NCBI GenBank assembly: GCA_024407775.1
Contig: JAKSVV010000002.1
Span: 1 to 47,728, forward strand
Length of the DNA stretch: 47,728 nucleotides
Direction: 5' to 3'
Source: Clostridia bacterium
Lineage (GTDB): Bacteria; Bacillota; Clostridia; Lachnospirales; JAKSVV01
This document shows, piece by piece, positions 1-8,867 of this stretch (position 1 is its first letter; every line of letters starts with the position of its first letter). The position numbers and the translations under genes are program-made. The notes below the pieces were generated by a model that worked only from the letters and a program-made list of their open reading frames with translations, was not told the origin of the DNA and did no database searches.

Positions 1-1
1 A

Positions 2-91
2 GATGTCGACACAAATTGCAAAATATGGGGTTGCATAAATCGTTATCAGGTAACACCAATTGGTGTCCTGGACATATGGCTAAACATATAA
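2..91 (+). CDS. 3' end of an unidentified CDS entering from upstream of the window (partial)
   Basis: Frame is open from nt 2 to TAA at 89-91 (DVDTNCKIWGCINRYQVTPIGVLDIWLNI*). It stops just before a weak hairpin. No motif recognised. Confidence 0.25.
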   Translation, partial: DVDTNCKIWGCINRYQVTPIGVLDIWLNI

Positions 92-160
92 TTATCAAAA
101 AAACAGAAATAAATTTACTTCTGCTTTTAATATATATTATTTTATTTTAATGCTACTAAA

Positions 161-814
161 CTATTTATTTAAAAATTTTTCTTTATCGCATTCATAACAA
201 TAACATAATAAAATATTTCCTTGATCATCAAAATAAGTTGATTGCATTTCGCCAGTTCTTAAAAAGCCTAATTTTTCCATCAACTTCCAAGAAGAAGGAT
301 TTATAATTGCTGCAGATGTTAATATTTTATCAATTTCTACTTCATTAAACATAAAATCTAAAATAGCTGTTGCAGCTTCGGTAGCATAACCTTTCCCTTG
401 ATAACTTGGATCAACAAACCAACCTATATCTCTAATTTCAGGATTATTTAAATATTCATCTTTTGGTTGAACTGTAATTTGTCCTATTGGTTCACCTTCT
501 TTTGTAAAAATACTCCATGTGAATTTTTGACTATTTTCACCATTAACAATACTTTCAATTTTCTTTTCATAAAATGGTTGTTGTCTATCCCAATCATTTA
601 ATTGTTCCATAAATATTTTTCTAGCTTTAGTTAAATCATCTATACTATTTTTAGATAAATCATTTTTTATAAAAATTCTATCAGGTGTTGGAAAATAATA
701 TTTATTTACATCTTCTTTTCTAATTATATTCCATATTTTATATTGCTCTTTCATAGTTGGAACTTTAATTAATAATCTCTCTGTTTCAATATCATGGATT
801 TGTATATTTTTCAT
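161..814 (-). CDS. GNAT family N-acetyltransferase (RimJ/RimL-like)
   Basis: The track ORF 161..844 starts at GTG. The first ATG (MKNIQIHDIETERLLIK) is at 814, after AGGAAA. The acetyl-CoA binding region IGWFVDPSYQGKGYATEAATAILDFMF is typical of GNAT. Confidence 0.8.
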   Translation of the reverse strand: MKNIQIHDIETERLLIKVPTMKEQYKIWNIIRKEDVNKYYFPTPDRIFIKNDLSKNSIDDLTKARKIFMEQLNDWDRQQPFYEKKIESIVNGENSQKFTWSIFTKEGEPIGQITVQPKDEYLNNPEIRDIGWFVDPSYQGKGYATEAATAILDFMFNEVEIDKILTSAAIINPSSWKLMEKLGFLRTGEMQSTYFDDQGNILLCYCYECDKEKFLNK

Positions 815-942
815 TTTAAATCTATTTCCTTTCCATATTTTCACTCACTTCCGTTCTTTTTGTTTAACAACTTTACATATTATACCACAAAAAGGATTTG
901 AAAATCCTCTCTTTAAATTTTACTATTTATATAAATTGGAAA

Positions 943-1476
943 TTAATTTTTAATAGTATATTCTTTTATCTCAGTATTTTTCAATCCTAAATTAAGAAAT
1001 TTTCCATCCTCAGGAATTCCGTTAAAATATGCATAAAATGCTTTTGACACTCCCGAATGCGCTACAACCAATACATTTTCAAATTCTTCTTTTTTTATCT
1101 CATCAATAAAATCATTTACTCTGTCAAATAAACTAGAAATTGATTCTTCAGTACCATATTTTTTTGTTGTGTAGTAATTCCAATAATCTTCCCTATCAGT
1201 TACATCAACTGACATTCCTTCTAAAGAACCATGTTCTCTTTCTCGTAGTCTTTCATCGATTTTTATTTCTTTATTTTTAACATTAATTATTTCAGCAGTA
1301 TGTTTTGCTCTAACCAGTGGAGAAGTAAAAACTACATCATAATCTATATTTTTTATTTTTTCAGCAAGTTCCTTTGCTTGTTCTATTCCTTTCGAATTCA
1401 AATCTTCATCCACATAATTATAAATTTGTTTTACATTTGAATCACATTGCCCATGTCTTACTAAATATATTCTCAC
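943..1476 (-). CDS. histidine phosphatase family protein (phosphoglycerate mutase-like)
   Basis: N-terminal RHG catalytic motif (IYLVRHGQCDSN) and a later VVAHSG. GTG start preceded by a GGGAG RBS. Confidence 0.8.
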   Translation of the reverse strand: MRIYLVRHGQCDSNVKQIYNYVDEDLNSKGIEQAKELAEKIKNIDYDVVFTSPLVRAKHTAEIINVKNKEIKIDERLREREHGSLEGMSVDVTDREDYWNYYTTKKYGTEESISSLFDRVNDFIDEIKKEEFENVLVVAHSGVSKAFYAYFNGIPEDGKFLNLGLKNTEIKEYTIKN

Positions 1477-1590
1477 TTTAATCTCCCTTTAAATTACTAT
1501 TTGTTTTATCTTTAAATATTATAATCTTCATAAATTTTAAATGGCTTGTATAAAGCCGTCATTATAATATTCAACTATATTATATTAAAA

Positions 1591-1962
1591 CTAAAAAACA
1601 AAATTAAAATTTAAAAATATAATAATTAATTGTATTATAAAATAAATTATATTTGAAATAATAGGGATTGTTATATACGCTGTTTTCTTTTTTATATTAT
1701 CTGCATTTTTACCAATAGATAAATAGTATATCCAAAAAATAATTTGGCATACTATTTCTGTTTTTAAGGAATATATTATGCAGCGAGGAACTGGGTAAAA
1801 TATTGTTTGTAAGAATATTAATGCACTACTTAAATAATAAGAATTTCCTTGTATTAAAGAAATATTTTCTGCTTCTAAAATTATCATCGATATGCAAAAT
1901 GCTATAACTAAACTTATTAAAGAACATTTTATCCAATATCTTTTTAAATTATTTTCTTTCAT
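1591..1962 (-). CDS. hypothetical multi-pass membrane protein
   Basis: 123-aa ORF with several hydrophobic segments (LISLVIAFCISMIIL, IIYFIIQLIIIFL). No recognisable family. Confidence 0.5.
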   Translation of the reverse strand: MKENNLKRYWIKCSLISLVIAFCISMIILEAENISLIQGNSYYLSSALIFLQTIFYPVPRCIIYSLKTEIVCQIIFWIYYLSIGKNADNIKKKTAYITIPIISNIIYFIIQLIIIFLNFNFVF

Positions 1963-1974
1963 ATTTTACCTTTC

Positions 1975-2382
1975 TTATAAATCAACACTTTCACTTTGTA
2001 ACATGCATAATGATCTTGATCTATCAATTGTTTCTGGTGCGATTTCAATTAATTCATCATTAACTGTTACATAATGAATCATATCTATTTCAGTATTCAT
2101 TGCTTTTCTTATTTCATTTTCGATGTAATGAAGTTGTATACAATGAGGTGAATTATCAACTGTTGCAAAAATAATTTCTTTAATATCAACTCTTGATAAC
2201 ATACCCATTAATTTTGTTATTACCATATTTAAATGTGTATTTTCTAAACACACTTCAAAAATATTTGGACTTATTCCTTCTAATATTCCATAAGAATTTG
2301 GTGCCATATCCTTAAGACAGCTACCAACAATTATCATAGTATTTGTTGCTTCATAACAATTTGTTTTCATAAAATCTTTCAT
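1975..2382 (-). CDS. hypothetical protein
   Basis: 135-aa ORF tightly packed between lepB and the membrane ORF. Cys/His scattered through it (GSCLKD, SPHCIQLH). Family not recognised. Confidence 0.5.
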   Translation of the reverse strand: MKDFMKTNCYEATNTMIIVGSCLKDMAPNSYGILEGISPNIFEVCLENTHLNMVITKLMGMLSRVDIKEIIFATVDNSPHCIQLHYIENEIRKAMNTEIDMIHYVTVNDELIEIAPETIDRSRSLCMLQSESVDL

Positions 2383-2394
2383 AATATTTTTCCT

Positions 2395-2967
2395 TTATTC
2401 TTCATAATTAATTTTTTCTATTTTTCCAAAATAATCTGATGGACTTATTATAAAAAAGCATCTGCCTTTTATATTTTTCTTTGATACTTCACCAAGTTCA
2501 AGTGCACGTGAATCAACACTATGCATTCTATTATCTCCAAGAACAAAATATTGTCCTTCAGGAACTATATAAGGAAATTCAATGTGATCAAGTCCAGTAA
2601 AATTTTCGCCCTTAATATAATTTTCTTTTAATACTTCACCATTAATTAAAATGTTTCCATCTTTAATATCAACTTCTTCAGAAGGAAGAGCTATTATTCT
2701 TTTTATATAATTATCTTTTGTTCCAATTGGTCTAAAGACAATTGCATCACCACGTTTTGGATCAGAAAATTTATAAGATAATTTTTCAACTAAAACTTTT
2801 TCTCCTTCAACAAAACTTGGTTCCATGCTTACGCCTTTTACAATATCAGTTTCTACAACAAAAAACTTACATACAATTGCTATTGCAAAAGCTATTACTA
2901 TTACTTCTAGCCATTCTAGAATTATTTTTACATACTTGTTATTTAAAACTGCATTGTAATCTATCAT
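2395..2967 (-). CDS. lepB: signal peptidase I (S26 family)
   Basis: N-terminal TM segment, catalytic Ser box GVSMEPSF, Lys box YIKRIIALP and GDNRMHSVDSR box. AGGAGG RBS before the ATG at 2967. Confidence 0.92.
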   Translation of the reverse strand: MIDYNAVLNNKYVKIILEWLEVIVIAFAIAIVCKFFVVETDIVKGVSMEPSFVEGEKVLVEKLSYKFSDPKRGDAIVFRPIGTKDNYIKRIIALPSEEVDIKDGNILINGEVLKENYIKGENFTGLDHIEFPYIVPEGQYFVLGDNRMHSVDSRALELGEVSKKNIKGRCFFIISPSDYFGKIEKINYEE

Positions 2968-3042
2968 AAGTCCTCCTTTATCTTTACTGTTTAATTATAT
3001 AATAAAAAAAATAAAAAACAAAGCAAAAGCGCCTATTATTCA

Positions 3043-3075
3043 TAAAAAAAAGAGTCACAATATGTGACTCATTTT
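3043..3075 (-). terminator. rho-independent terminator downstream of rplS
   Basis: Stem GAGTCACA / TGTGACTC (3052-3070). On the minus strand it is followed by a T-run (the A-run at 3043-3051 on plus). Confidence 0.8.
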
Positions 3076-3095
3076 TATGTTTTTAAAGTAATTTC

Positions 3096-3455
3096 TTATT
3101 TGTTTCTTTGATCGATTTCTTTTAAACGAGCTTTCTTACCGAATCTATCTCTTAAGTAATTTAATTTAGCTCTTCTTACTTTAGCACTCTTTACTACTTC
3201 AATTTTAGCAATTGATGGTGAGTGAAGTGGCCATGTTCTTTCGATTCCAATTCCGTCTGTTACTTTTCTAACTGTGAAAGTTTCTCTTGCTCCAGCGTGT
3301 TGCATTTTTAATACTACACCTTGGAAAATTTGAATTCTTTCTTTAGATCCTTCAACGATTTTAGCGTGAACTTTAACTGTATCTCCAACTTTTACTTCTG
3401 GAAGATCATTTCTTAATTGTTCAGCTTCTAATTCTTTGATTATAGACTTATTCAT
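3096..3455 (-). CDS. rplS: 50S ribosomal protein L19
   Basis: 119 aa. [30 protein letters not shown]...[10 protein letters not shown]...FTVRK...[11 protein letters not shown] matches the L19 family throughout. Confidence 0.95.
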   Translation of the reverse strand: MNKSIIKELEAEQLRNDLPEVKVGDTVKVHAKIVEGSKERIQIFQGVVLKMQHAGARETFTVRKVTDGIGIERTWPLHSPSIAKIEVVKSAKVRRAKLNYLRDRFGKKARLKEIDQRNK

Positions 3456-3527
3456 TTCCGTTTCCTCCTTCTTCCTTAGATGCTCATGTTATCATACATA
3501 GCAGCGGAACATCCGTAATACGCGATT
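3456..3527 (-). promoter_or_regulatory. 5' leader of rplS (possible L19 autoregulatory leader)
   Basis: About 70-nt untranslated leader between the predicted promoter and the GGAGGAA RBS. It is GC-richer than its surroundings (GGATGTTCCGCTGCTATG). Bacillota commonly carry an L19 leader structure here. The structure was not verified. Confidence 0.35.
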
Positions 3528-3559
3528 ACTATAATATCATATTAAATATCTTTTTGCAA
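3528..3559 (-). promoter_or_regulatory. sigma-A type promoter for rplS
   Basis: Minus strand reads TTGCAA, 17 nt, TATTAT. Confidence 0.55.
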
Positions 3560-3615
3560 GTATTTATAAAGATTTATTTATACTTTTTTATATATTAATT
3601 TTTCTTTGTTTTTCA

Positions 3616-3644
3616 TAAAAAAAGAACGGCCCGCGCCGTTCTTT
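3616..3644 (-). terminator. GC-rich rho-independent terminator closing the small-ORF islet
   Basis: Stem GAACGGC / GCCGTTC with a CCGC loop. T-run on the minus strand. Lies directly after the stop at 3649. Confidence 0.85.
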
Positions 3645-3648
3645 AATT

Positions 3649-3927
3649 TTAGTTAATATTTTTTGTGCCCTTCATCACGATCTTATAATCTGAATCATCA
3701 GCATTCTGAGGTGAATATGTATATGTCTTTCCATCTTCGCCTTTTGCCTGCAAGATAATATTCTTCTTTCTTGCATCATGCTTAAGATATGATGTATCAC
3801 ATACCTTACCTTCACCTTCAAGCAGCCTTATTACCACAAGTGATCCAAGTTTCACATCTGCTTCTTTAAGATTTCCCTGCTGATCCTTCTTAATAATATA
3901 TACTTCGTCGCCTATTCTATACTCCAT
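3649..3927 (-). CDS. hypothetical small protein (92 aa)
   Basis: ORF in a compositionally GC-richer patch. MEYRIGDEVYIIKKDQQGN... looks like a small beta-barrel by eye only. No family recognised. Confidence 0.55.
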   Translation of the reverse strand: MEYRIGDEVYIIKKDQQGNLKEADVKLGSLVVIRLLEGEGKVCDTSYLKHDARKKNIILQAKGEDGKTYTYSPQNADDSDYKIVMKGTKNIN

Positions 3928-3935
3928 ATCTACTC

Positions 3936-4271
3936 CTACTTAAAACGCTTATCATTCCTGAGTTTATTAGCATCCTCAATCATGCCGTACCCATCAGTAA
4001 TCTTATCTTTACCATACATCTCAAGGTAATATGCCAGGGTATCGATATCTACAAATTCATACATACCGCACGATACGCACTTTGAAAAGGCAACATAGCG
4101 GCTCTTATCATTTTCATCCTGAGCTGTATAAAGGGTGTTATCATCACAGCCAATGGTTGTAGGCTCGCTGCTAATAATCTTTGCTACCTTATACTTACCG
4201 TCTTTTAGTTCTTCAATAAACTTTTTCTGGCTTATTACGCCAACATACTGTCCGACCTTAAATTTTCCCAT
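3936..4271 (-). CDS. hypothetical small protein (111 aa)
   Basis: ORF lies 8 nt upstream of the 92-aa ORF. GGAGGA RBS (ttggaggacttaat ATG). MGKFKVGQYVGVIS... No family recognised. Confidence 0.55.
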   Translation of the reverse strand: MGKFKVGQYVGVISQKKFIEELKDGKYKVAKIISSEPTTIGCDDNTLYTAQDENDKSRYVAFSKCVSCGMYEFVDIDTLAYYLEMYGKDKITDGYGMIEDANKLRNDKRFK

Positions 4272-4321
4272 ATTAAGTCCTCCAACAAAAACAACAAAAG
4301 TTACATCCTACCGTTTTGAGG

Positions 4322-4579
4322 CTATGCCTCAGAAGATTCATCGCTGCCAGGCTCCGAATCTTCTTTTACAAACTCTCCATCTACATCTAAATCTCCGTAG
4401 ATTTCCTCATAAGAATAATCTCTTTCGTAATCATCGATTTCATTCCAGTCGACGAACTCGTCAAAGTCCTCGTCGTAATCATCGATTTCGTTACATTTCT
4501 TAATTAAGAACATACATACTGCGTAAACAGCTGCAAAAAAGGCAACAATGCCTAAAATCCACGCTACTTTCTTCTTCAT
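4322..4579 (-). CDS. small single-pass membrane protein with D/E/Y-rich acidic tail (85 aa)
   Basis: ATG at 4579 preceded by GGAGGA; the track ORF extends to 4603. MKKKVAWILGIVAFFAAVYAVCMFLI is followed by EIDDYDEDFDEFVDWNEIDDYERDYSYEEIYGDLDVDGEF... Confidence 0.55.
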   Translation of the reverse strand: MKKKVAWILGIVAFFAAVYAVCMFLIKKCNEIDDYDEDFDEFVDWNEIDDYERDYSYEEIYGDLDVDGEFVKEDSEPGSDESSEA

Positions 4580-4608
4580 TCGTAATCCTCCAAAAATAAT
4601 CACACATA

Positions 4609-4761
4609 TTAATATGTGTAATCGTGTTCAAATTCTGAGAGATCTCCATAGCCGATAAACTCATCGACATCGCAGTAGTCCTCTTCAAAACCTAACCACT
4701 TTCTAACAAACAAACAGCAAGTTACAACTACAAGAATAACAATATCATATATCTTACTCAT
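4609..4761 (-). CDS. small single-pass membrane protein with acidic tail (50 aa), paralog-like to 4322..4579
   Basis: Not in the ORF track because it is under 60 aa. Hand translation gives MSKIYDIVILVVVTCCLFVRKWLGFEEDYCDVDEFIGYGDLSEFEHDYTY*. Same TM-plus-acidic/aromatic-tail architecture as its neighbour. Confidence 0.4.
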   Translation of the reverse strand: MSKIYDIVILVVVTCCLFVRKWLGFEEDYCDVDEFIGYGDLSEFEHDYTY

Positions 4762-4823
4762 GCAAATTCCCTCTTCATTCGAAAAAACTTTATAGCTACG
4801 ACCTTACAAATATTTGACCTTTC

Positions 4824-5231
4824 TCATTTACAATAAGAATCATGGTCTAGTGAATTGAACCCTCCATTTTCTGGCGGATCTTTACTGACTTTGTCCATAA
4901 CGGACCTAACATATTCGCTGAATTTTACATCATCCTTTAAATCCGGGTGATTCATATAGATTTCATTAAAGTACTTTCTTGCAAAACATCTGACTTCGTT
5001 TATCGGAACGAATGTATATTTATAATTTGATAAACATATATCAGGTCTTGAAATTATTACTTTTCCAGTATCTATAACATGCGCATATACAACAACGCTT
5101 TGAGAACGATCTCTCACAATTGATGTAAACACCTTTGCCATAACGAATTTGTCTTTATAAATCAGATCCACTACATTGCCTTTAAGTAAATCAAAGGCGT
5201 CAAATACAAAAACAGTTGTCCCGTTTTTCAT
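4824..5231 (-). CDS. hypothetical protein (135 aa)
   Basis: ATG at 5231 preceded by GGAGGA (MKNGTTVFVFDAFDLLKG...); the track ORF extends to 5255. No family recognised. Confidence 0.55.
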   Translation of the reverse strand: MKNGTTVFVFDAFDLLKGNVVDLIYKDKFVMAKVFTSIVRDRSQSVVVYAHVIDTGKVIISRPDICLSNYKYTFVPINEVRCFARKYFNEIYMNHPDLKDDVKFSEYVRSVMDKVSKDPPENGGFNSLDHDSYCK

Positions 5232-5308
5232 AGCAAATCCTCCAATTGACTGCAAAAAAATATTAACTTTTAACTAATACACTATGGTTAGTGCAAGAAT
5301 ATACGCAA

Positions 5309-5337
5309 ACTATATCATGAATTGGTAAAATTTTCAA
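5309..5337 (-). promoter_or_regulatory. sigma-A type promoter for the small-ORF islet
   Basis: Minus strand reads TTGAAA, 17 nt, TATAGT, about 80 nt upstream of the 5231 start. Confidence 0.5.
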
Positions 5338-5363
5338 GTATTTTTTTGAACTTTTTACTAAAC

Positions 5364-5392
5364 TTGACTTTGAGGCATTAAAACTATATAAT
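5364..5392 (+). promoter_or_regulatory. sigma-A type promoter for hslO
   Basis: TTGACT, 17 nt, TATAAT, about 40 nt upstream of the hslO ATG. Confidence 0.6.
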
Positions 5393-5429
5393 TAATAAGC
5401 GAATATATAAGGAAAATGGAGAAAGAATA

Positions 5430-6305
5430 ATGAAAGATTACATGATTACAGGTCTTGATGACGGTGGTAATGTATCTATCAAGGTAATATATGCTAAAGA
5501 TATGGTTGAAAATGCTAGAGTTTCTCATGATTTATCACCTGTTGCTTCAGCATGCCTTGGAAGAACTATTATTATGACATCAATGATTGGTGATACACTA
5601 AAAGGTGAAGATGACAAAACTACAGTTATAATAAAAGGTGATGGTCCTATTGGAGGAATCGTTGTAACTAGTGACTCTAAAATGAGAGCCAAAGGTTATG
5701 TATATAATCCATCACTTGATATTCCATATAAACCAAACGGAAAACTTGATGTATCAGGAGCTATAGGAAATGGTTCTCTTACTATCGTTAAAGATTTAGG
5801 TCTTAAAGAACCTTACTCTGGTATGATTAATCTTGTAAGCGGTGAAATTGCTGAAGACTTTACATACTACTATACAAAGAGTGAACAATCTCCTAGTGCT
5901 ATTGGTCTTGGAGTTTTAGTTGATACTGATTGTTCAATTAAACATGCCGGTGGTTTCTGGATTAGTATCCTTCCTGGATGCAAAGATGAAGTTATAGATA
6001 TCATTGAAAACAATTTAAAAAATGTTACTAGTGTAACAGATGAATTTAAAGATGAAAAAACTTGTGAAGATTTAATGAAAAAATTATTTAATGGATTAAA
6101 CTATAAAATAATTTATGAAAAAGAACCTAAATGGTATTGTGATTGTTCAAAAGAAAAAATCAGTGAAGCTCTTGCAAGTATAAATAGAGATGAACTTAAA
6201 CAAATTATCGAAGAAGATGGTAAAGCAGAAATCACTTGCCACTTCTGTAACAAAGCATATCATTTTGATAAAGATGAATTAACAAAAATTTATGAAAGGA
6301 ATTAA
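5430..6305 (+). CDS. hslO: redox-regulated chaperone Hsp33
   Basis: 291 aa. N-terminal Hsp33-type region (SPVASACLGRTI) and a C-terminal zinc/redox switch (CDCS ... CHFC). Confidence 0.9.
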   Translation: MKDYMITGLDDGGNVSIKVIYAKDMVENARVSHDLSPVASACLGRTIIMTSMIGDTLKGEDDKTTVIIKGDGPIGGIVVTSDSKMRAKGYVYNPSLDIPYKPNGKLDVSGAIGNGSLTIVKDLGLKEPYSGMINLVSGEIAEDFTYYYTKSEQSPSAIGLGVLVDTDCSIKHAGGFWISILPGCKDEVIDIIENNLKNVTSVTDEFKDEKTCEDLMKKLFNGLNYKIIYEKEPKWYCDCSKEKISEALASINRDELKQIIEEDGKAEITCHFCNKAYHFDKDELTKIYERN

Positions 6306-6308
6306 ACC

Positions 6309-6773
6309 ATGATAATTAGAAATTTTTCATTAGTAGGAAAAGCTATTGTCGTACGTAACGGTAAATTCTTATTACTTAGAAAATCTAAAAACGAACTTGA
6401 AGCAACAAAAATTAATAAACATGTTAAGTGGGACTTACCAGGTGGTGCGATTCAGTTCTTTGAAAAAAATACTGATGGACTACATAGAGAAATTCGTGAA
6501 GAAACTGGTCTTACTTGTAACATAATAAAACCAATTGGTGTATATGATGCAATTAAATCTCATATACATATGACAGTTATAACTTATTTATGTGAAGCAA
6601 CAAGTAATGCTGAAGTAAGTTTAAGTTATGAACATGATGAATATCACTGGCTTAGTCCTGAAGAAATTAAATCATTTGATATGCCATCATGGTTAAAAAG
6701 ATATTTTGAAATTGCTATTAAAGAATATAGTGATATGAAATTATTAGATAACATGAAAAATAAAACTGAATAA
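6309..6773 (+). CDS. NUDIX hydrolase
   Basis: Nudix box GGAIQFFEKNTDGLHREIREETGL. Start is coupled to the hslO stop, with an AAGGAA RBS inside the hslO 3' end. Confidence 0.85.
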   Translation: MIIRNFSLVGKAIVVRNGKFLLLRKSKNELEATKINKHVKWDLPGGAIQFFEKNTDGLHREIREETGLTCNIIKPIGVYDAIKSHIHMTVITYLCEATSNAEVSLSYEHDEYHWLSPEEIKSFDMPSWLKRYFEIAIKEYSDMKLLDNMKNKTE

Positions 6774-6833
6774 TATATTATTTTATTTTAATTTATAATA
6801 ATTATAGTAATAAAAAAATCTATTAAATTATAT

Positions 6834-8714
6834 TTAATAGAATAAATAATTGCTTACTATCATTCCTACTTTCACAAATGTCATCTTAATTATTTGTAAT
6901 TTAGTCATATCAAATTTATATGATGATTTATTTTTTTCATCAATATAAGTATTAATTTCTTCTATCATCTCTTCTTTATCTTGATCAATATTCTCATCTT
7001 TTATTTTTATAGTAAACACTTTTCCTATGTTTTTCTTATTTGTTCTCATACTATTAAATCTATGAGGTCTTATTTCAAAGACTAATTCTTTACTATTTAA
7101 ATTCATGTTATCAGTATCTTTTAATTCTTCTTCAAGCAAGTCGCAAATATTTACTGTAACTTCATATCTATTTAAAGTTAATTTTTTAATTCCAGTTATC
7201 TCACCATAATTTAAAATTATATCATCTCTTGTTAAATCTCTATCTGCATTTTCTGAGAATGTTACACTATAAATTATATTCATAGATACTGATGAGCCAA
7301 AATCATCTATTGTCTTATCTTCAGTATCATGTGCTTGCACTGTTACATTAAATCCTTCATTATCAATATATGTTGTATTTGTTTTATTATATTCATCGAT
7401 AACTTCTTGTGGTACTTTTAATTCATGTTGATATAAATCTGTAAGTGATCCTTTTGATAAATCTAATTTTACAACTTCAATGTTTGATAAAGCCATATCA
7501 TTTCTTTGAACTCTATATTTAAATGTCTTAACTTTTGAATAAGAATAATCATCTTTTGCATCAAGTTTTAATGCTATTTGTTTTGATGCAAGTTTATTCT
7601 TTTCACCAGGTTTATTTTTTGCTGTAATATATAATTTTATATAACCACTATTAACTTTAATTTCTTCATCACTATATAAATTAATTTCTATTTCTTGTCC
7701 ATATCTAAATGTATTATTATTTGATGTTATTTTTGTTAAAGTTGGAAGTGATGTATCTTTTATTATACCAATCTTAGAAACAATTGAGTTATAACCATCA
7801 GAAATATTTTTATCTTCTTTTACGATATAATTTTCTAATAATTTTTTATCATTATCATTGCTTAGTCTTACATTTTTAAATGATACATCAAGCAATGTAT
7901 TATAATTTTTTATATCACAGTTAGCAATATATGCATCTACTCTTTCATTATTTTTAGCTGCGCTTATCTTAGTGAATTTTGCATCATCATATTCAAATAA
8001 TATTTCATCATTATTATTTTTATAATATAAATTAATACTATTTGCATCATTAAGACATGATGCATTACCATCTCTTTCTTTTGATACTAAGTTATTATTA
8101 TCTTTATTTATGTAATAATAATCAATATTATTTTCATCTCTTGCTGTTAATTTATTAAGATCAATTGTATGAGGTAGAACGCTAAATGAAATTAATTTTA
8201 CTCCACTAAATTCTCCTATACCTGTTATCTTTATATAATGTGTTCCAGAGTTTTTTAAAGAACCATTTCTATCTCCAAGATAATCTACTTTATAATCGAT
8301 ATTTCTTCTTAATAAAATTCCTTTATCAGGATTGATATTTCTATCAGAATAATCTCCATAATCGCTAAATAATAATTCATTAATATAATTTGGATTGTTG
8401 TAATATACATTAACATATGGTTTTATATCACGTGCTGTATATTCATAATTTGAAATATTAGATACATTAAAGTATGAAGAAAAATATCCATCCATACTCT
8501 TTGGATTTAAATTTAATTCTTCACTATTTTTTGATGTATTAAAAATATTTTTATCAAATGCTTTTATATCATTACTTAATAATCCAATTGAAAATACAAT
8601 TATCAATGCTATGCAAGAAATAAATTTAGACATGCAAAAAGAATGGCTATCACTAGTCATTTTAAAAAATTTTTTACTCTCATAATTATTTTTTCTAACT
8701 AAGAATTTTTTCAT
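6834..8714 (-). CDS. large Asn/Asp/Lys-rich secreted or membrane-anchored protein, function unknown
   Basis: ATG at 8714 with an AGAGG RBS; the track ORF extends to 8798. Hydrophobic signal/anchor ISCIALIIVFSIGLL, followed by about 560 aa of low-GC, N/K/D/Y-rich sequence with no recognisable catalytic motif. Confidence 0.6.
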   Translation of the reverse strand: MKKFLVRKNNYESKKFFKMTSDSHSFCMSKFISCIALIIVFSIGLLSNDIKAFDKNIFNTSKNSEELNLNPKSMDGYFSSYFNVSNISNYEYTARDIKPYVNVYYNNPNYINELLFSDYGDYSDRNINPDKGILLRRNIDYKVDYLGDRNGSLKNSGTHYIKITGIGEFSGVKLISFSVLPHTIDLNKLTARDENNIDYYYINKDNNNLVSKERDGNASCLNDANSINLYYKNNNDEILFEYDDAKFTKISAAKNNERVDAYIANCDIKNYNTLLDVSFKNVRLSNDNDKKLLENYIVKEDKNISDGYNSIVSKIGIIKDTSLPTLTKITSNNNTFRYGQEIEINLYSDEEIKVNSGYIKLYITAKNKPGEKNKLASKQIALKLDAKDDYSYSKVKTFKYRVQRNDMALSNIEVVKLDLSKGSLTDLYQHELKVPQEVIDEYNKTNTTYIDNEGFNVTVQAHDTEDKTIDDFGSSVSMNIIYSVTFSENADRDLTRDDIILNYGEITGIKKLTLNRYEVTVNICDLLEEELKDTDNMNLNSKELVFEIRPHRFNSMRTNKKNIGKVFTIKIKDENIDQDKEEMIEEINTYIDEKNKSSYKFDMTKLQIIKMTFVKVGMIVSNYLFY

Positions 8715-8828
8715 AATTAGACCTCTAAAAAATTCTTGCATTAATAAGATAATACATCTTAATATAAGTATCGTCTTACTATAAAAAAAATATATCATTT
8801 ATACTGAAAAAATCAAGTTTTTTTAAAC

Positions 8829-8860
8829 AAAAAAAGAAGAGCTAAAGCTCTTCTTTTTTC
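8829..8860 (-). terminator. bidirectional rho-independent terminator
   Basis: Stem GAAGAGC / GCTCTTC with a TAAA loop, flanked by an A-run and a T-run. Lies after the stop at 8868. Confidence 0.8.
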
Positions 8861-8867
8861 AAATAAT

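Noticed and set aside
4135-4688. ORFs 4135..4503 (+) and 4500..4688 (-) in the small-ORF islet.
   Set aside because: They overlap the better-supported minus-strand ORFs that have GGAGG RBSs (3936..4271, 4322..4579, 4609..4761). They have no RBS and an implausible composition.
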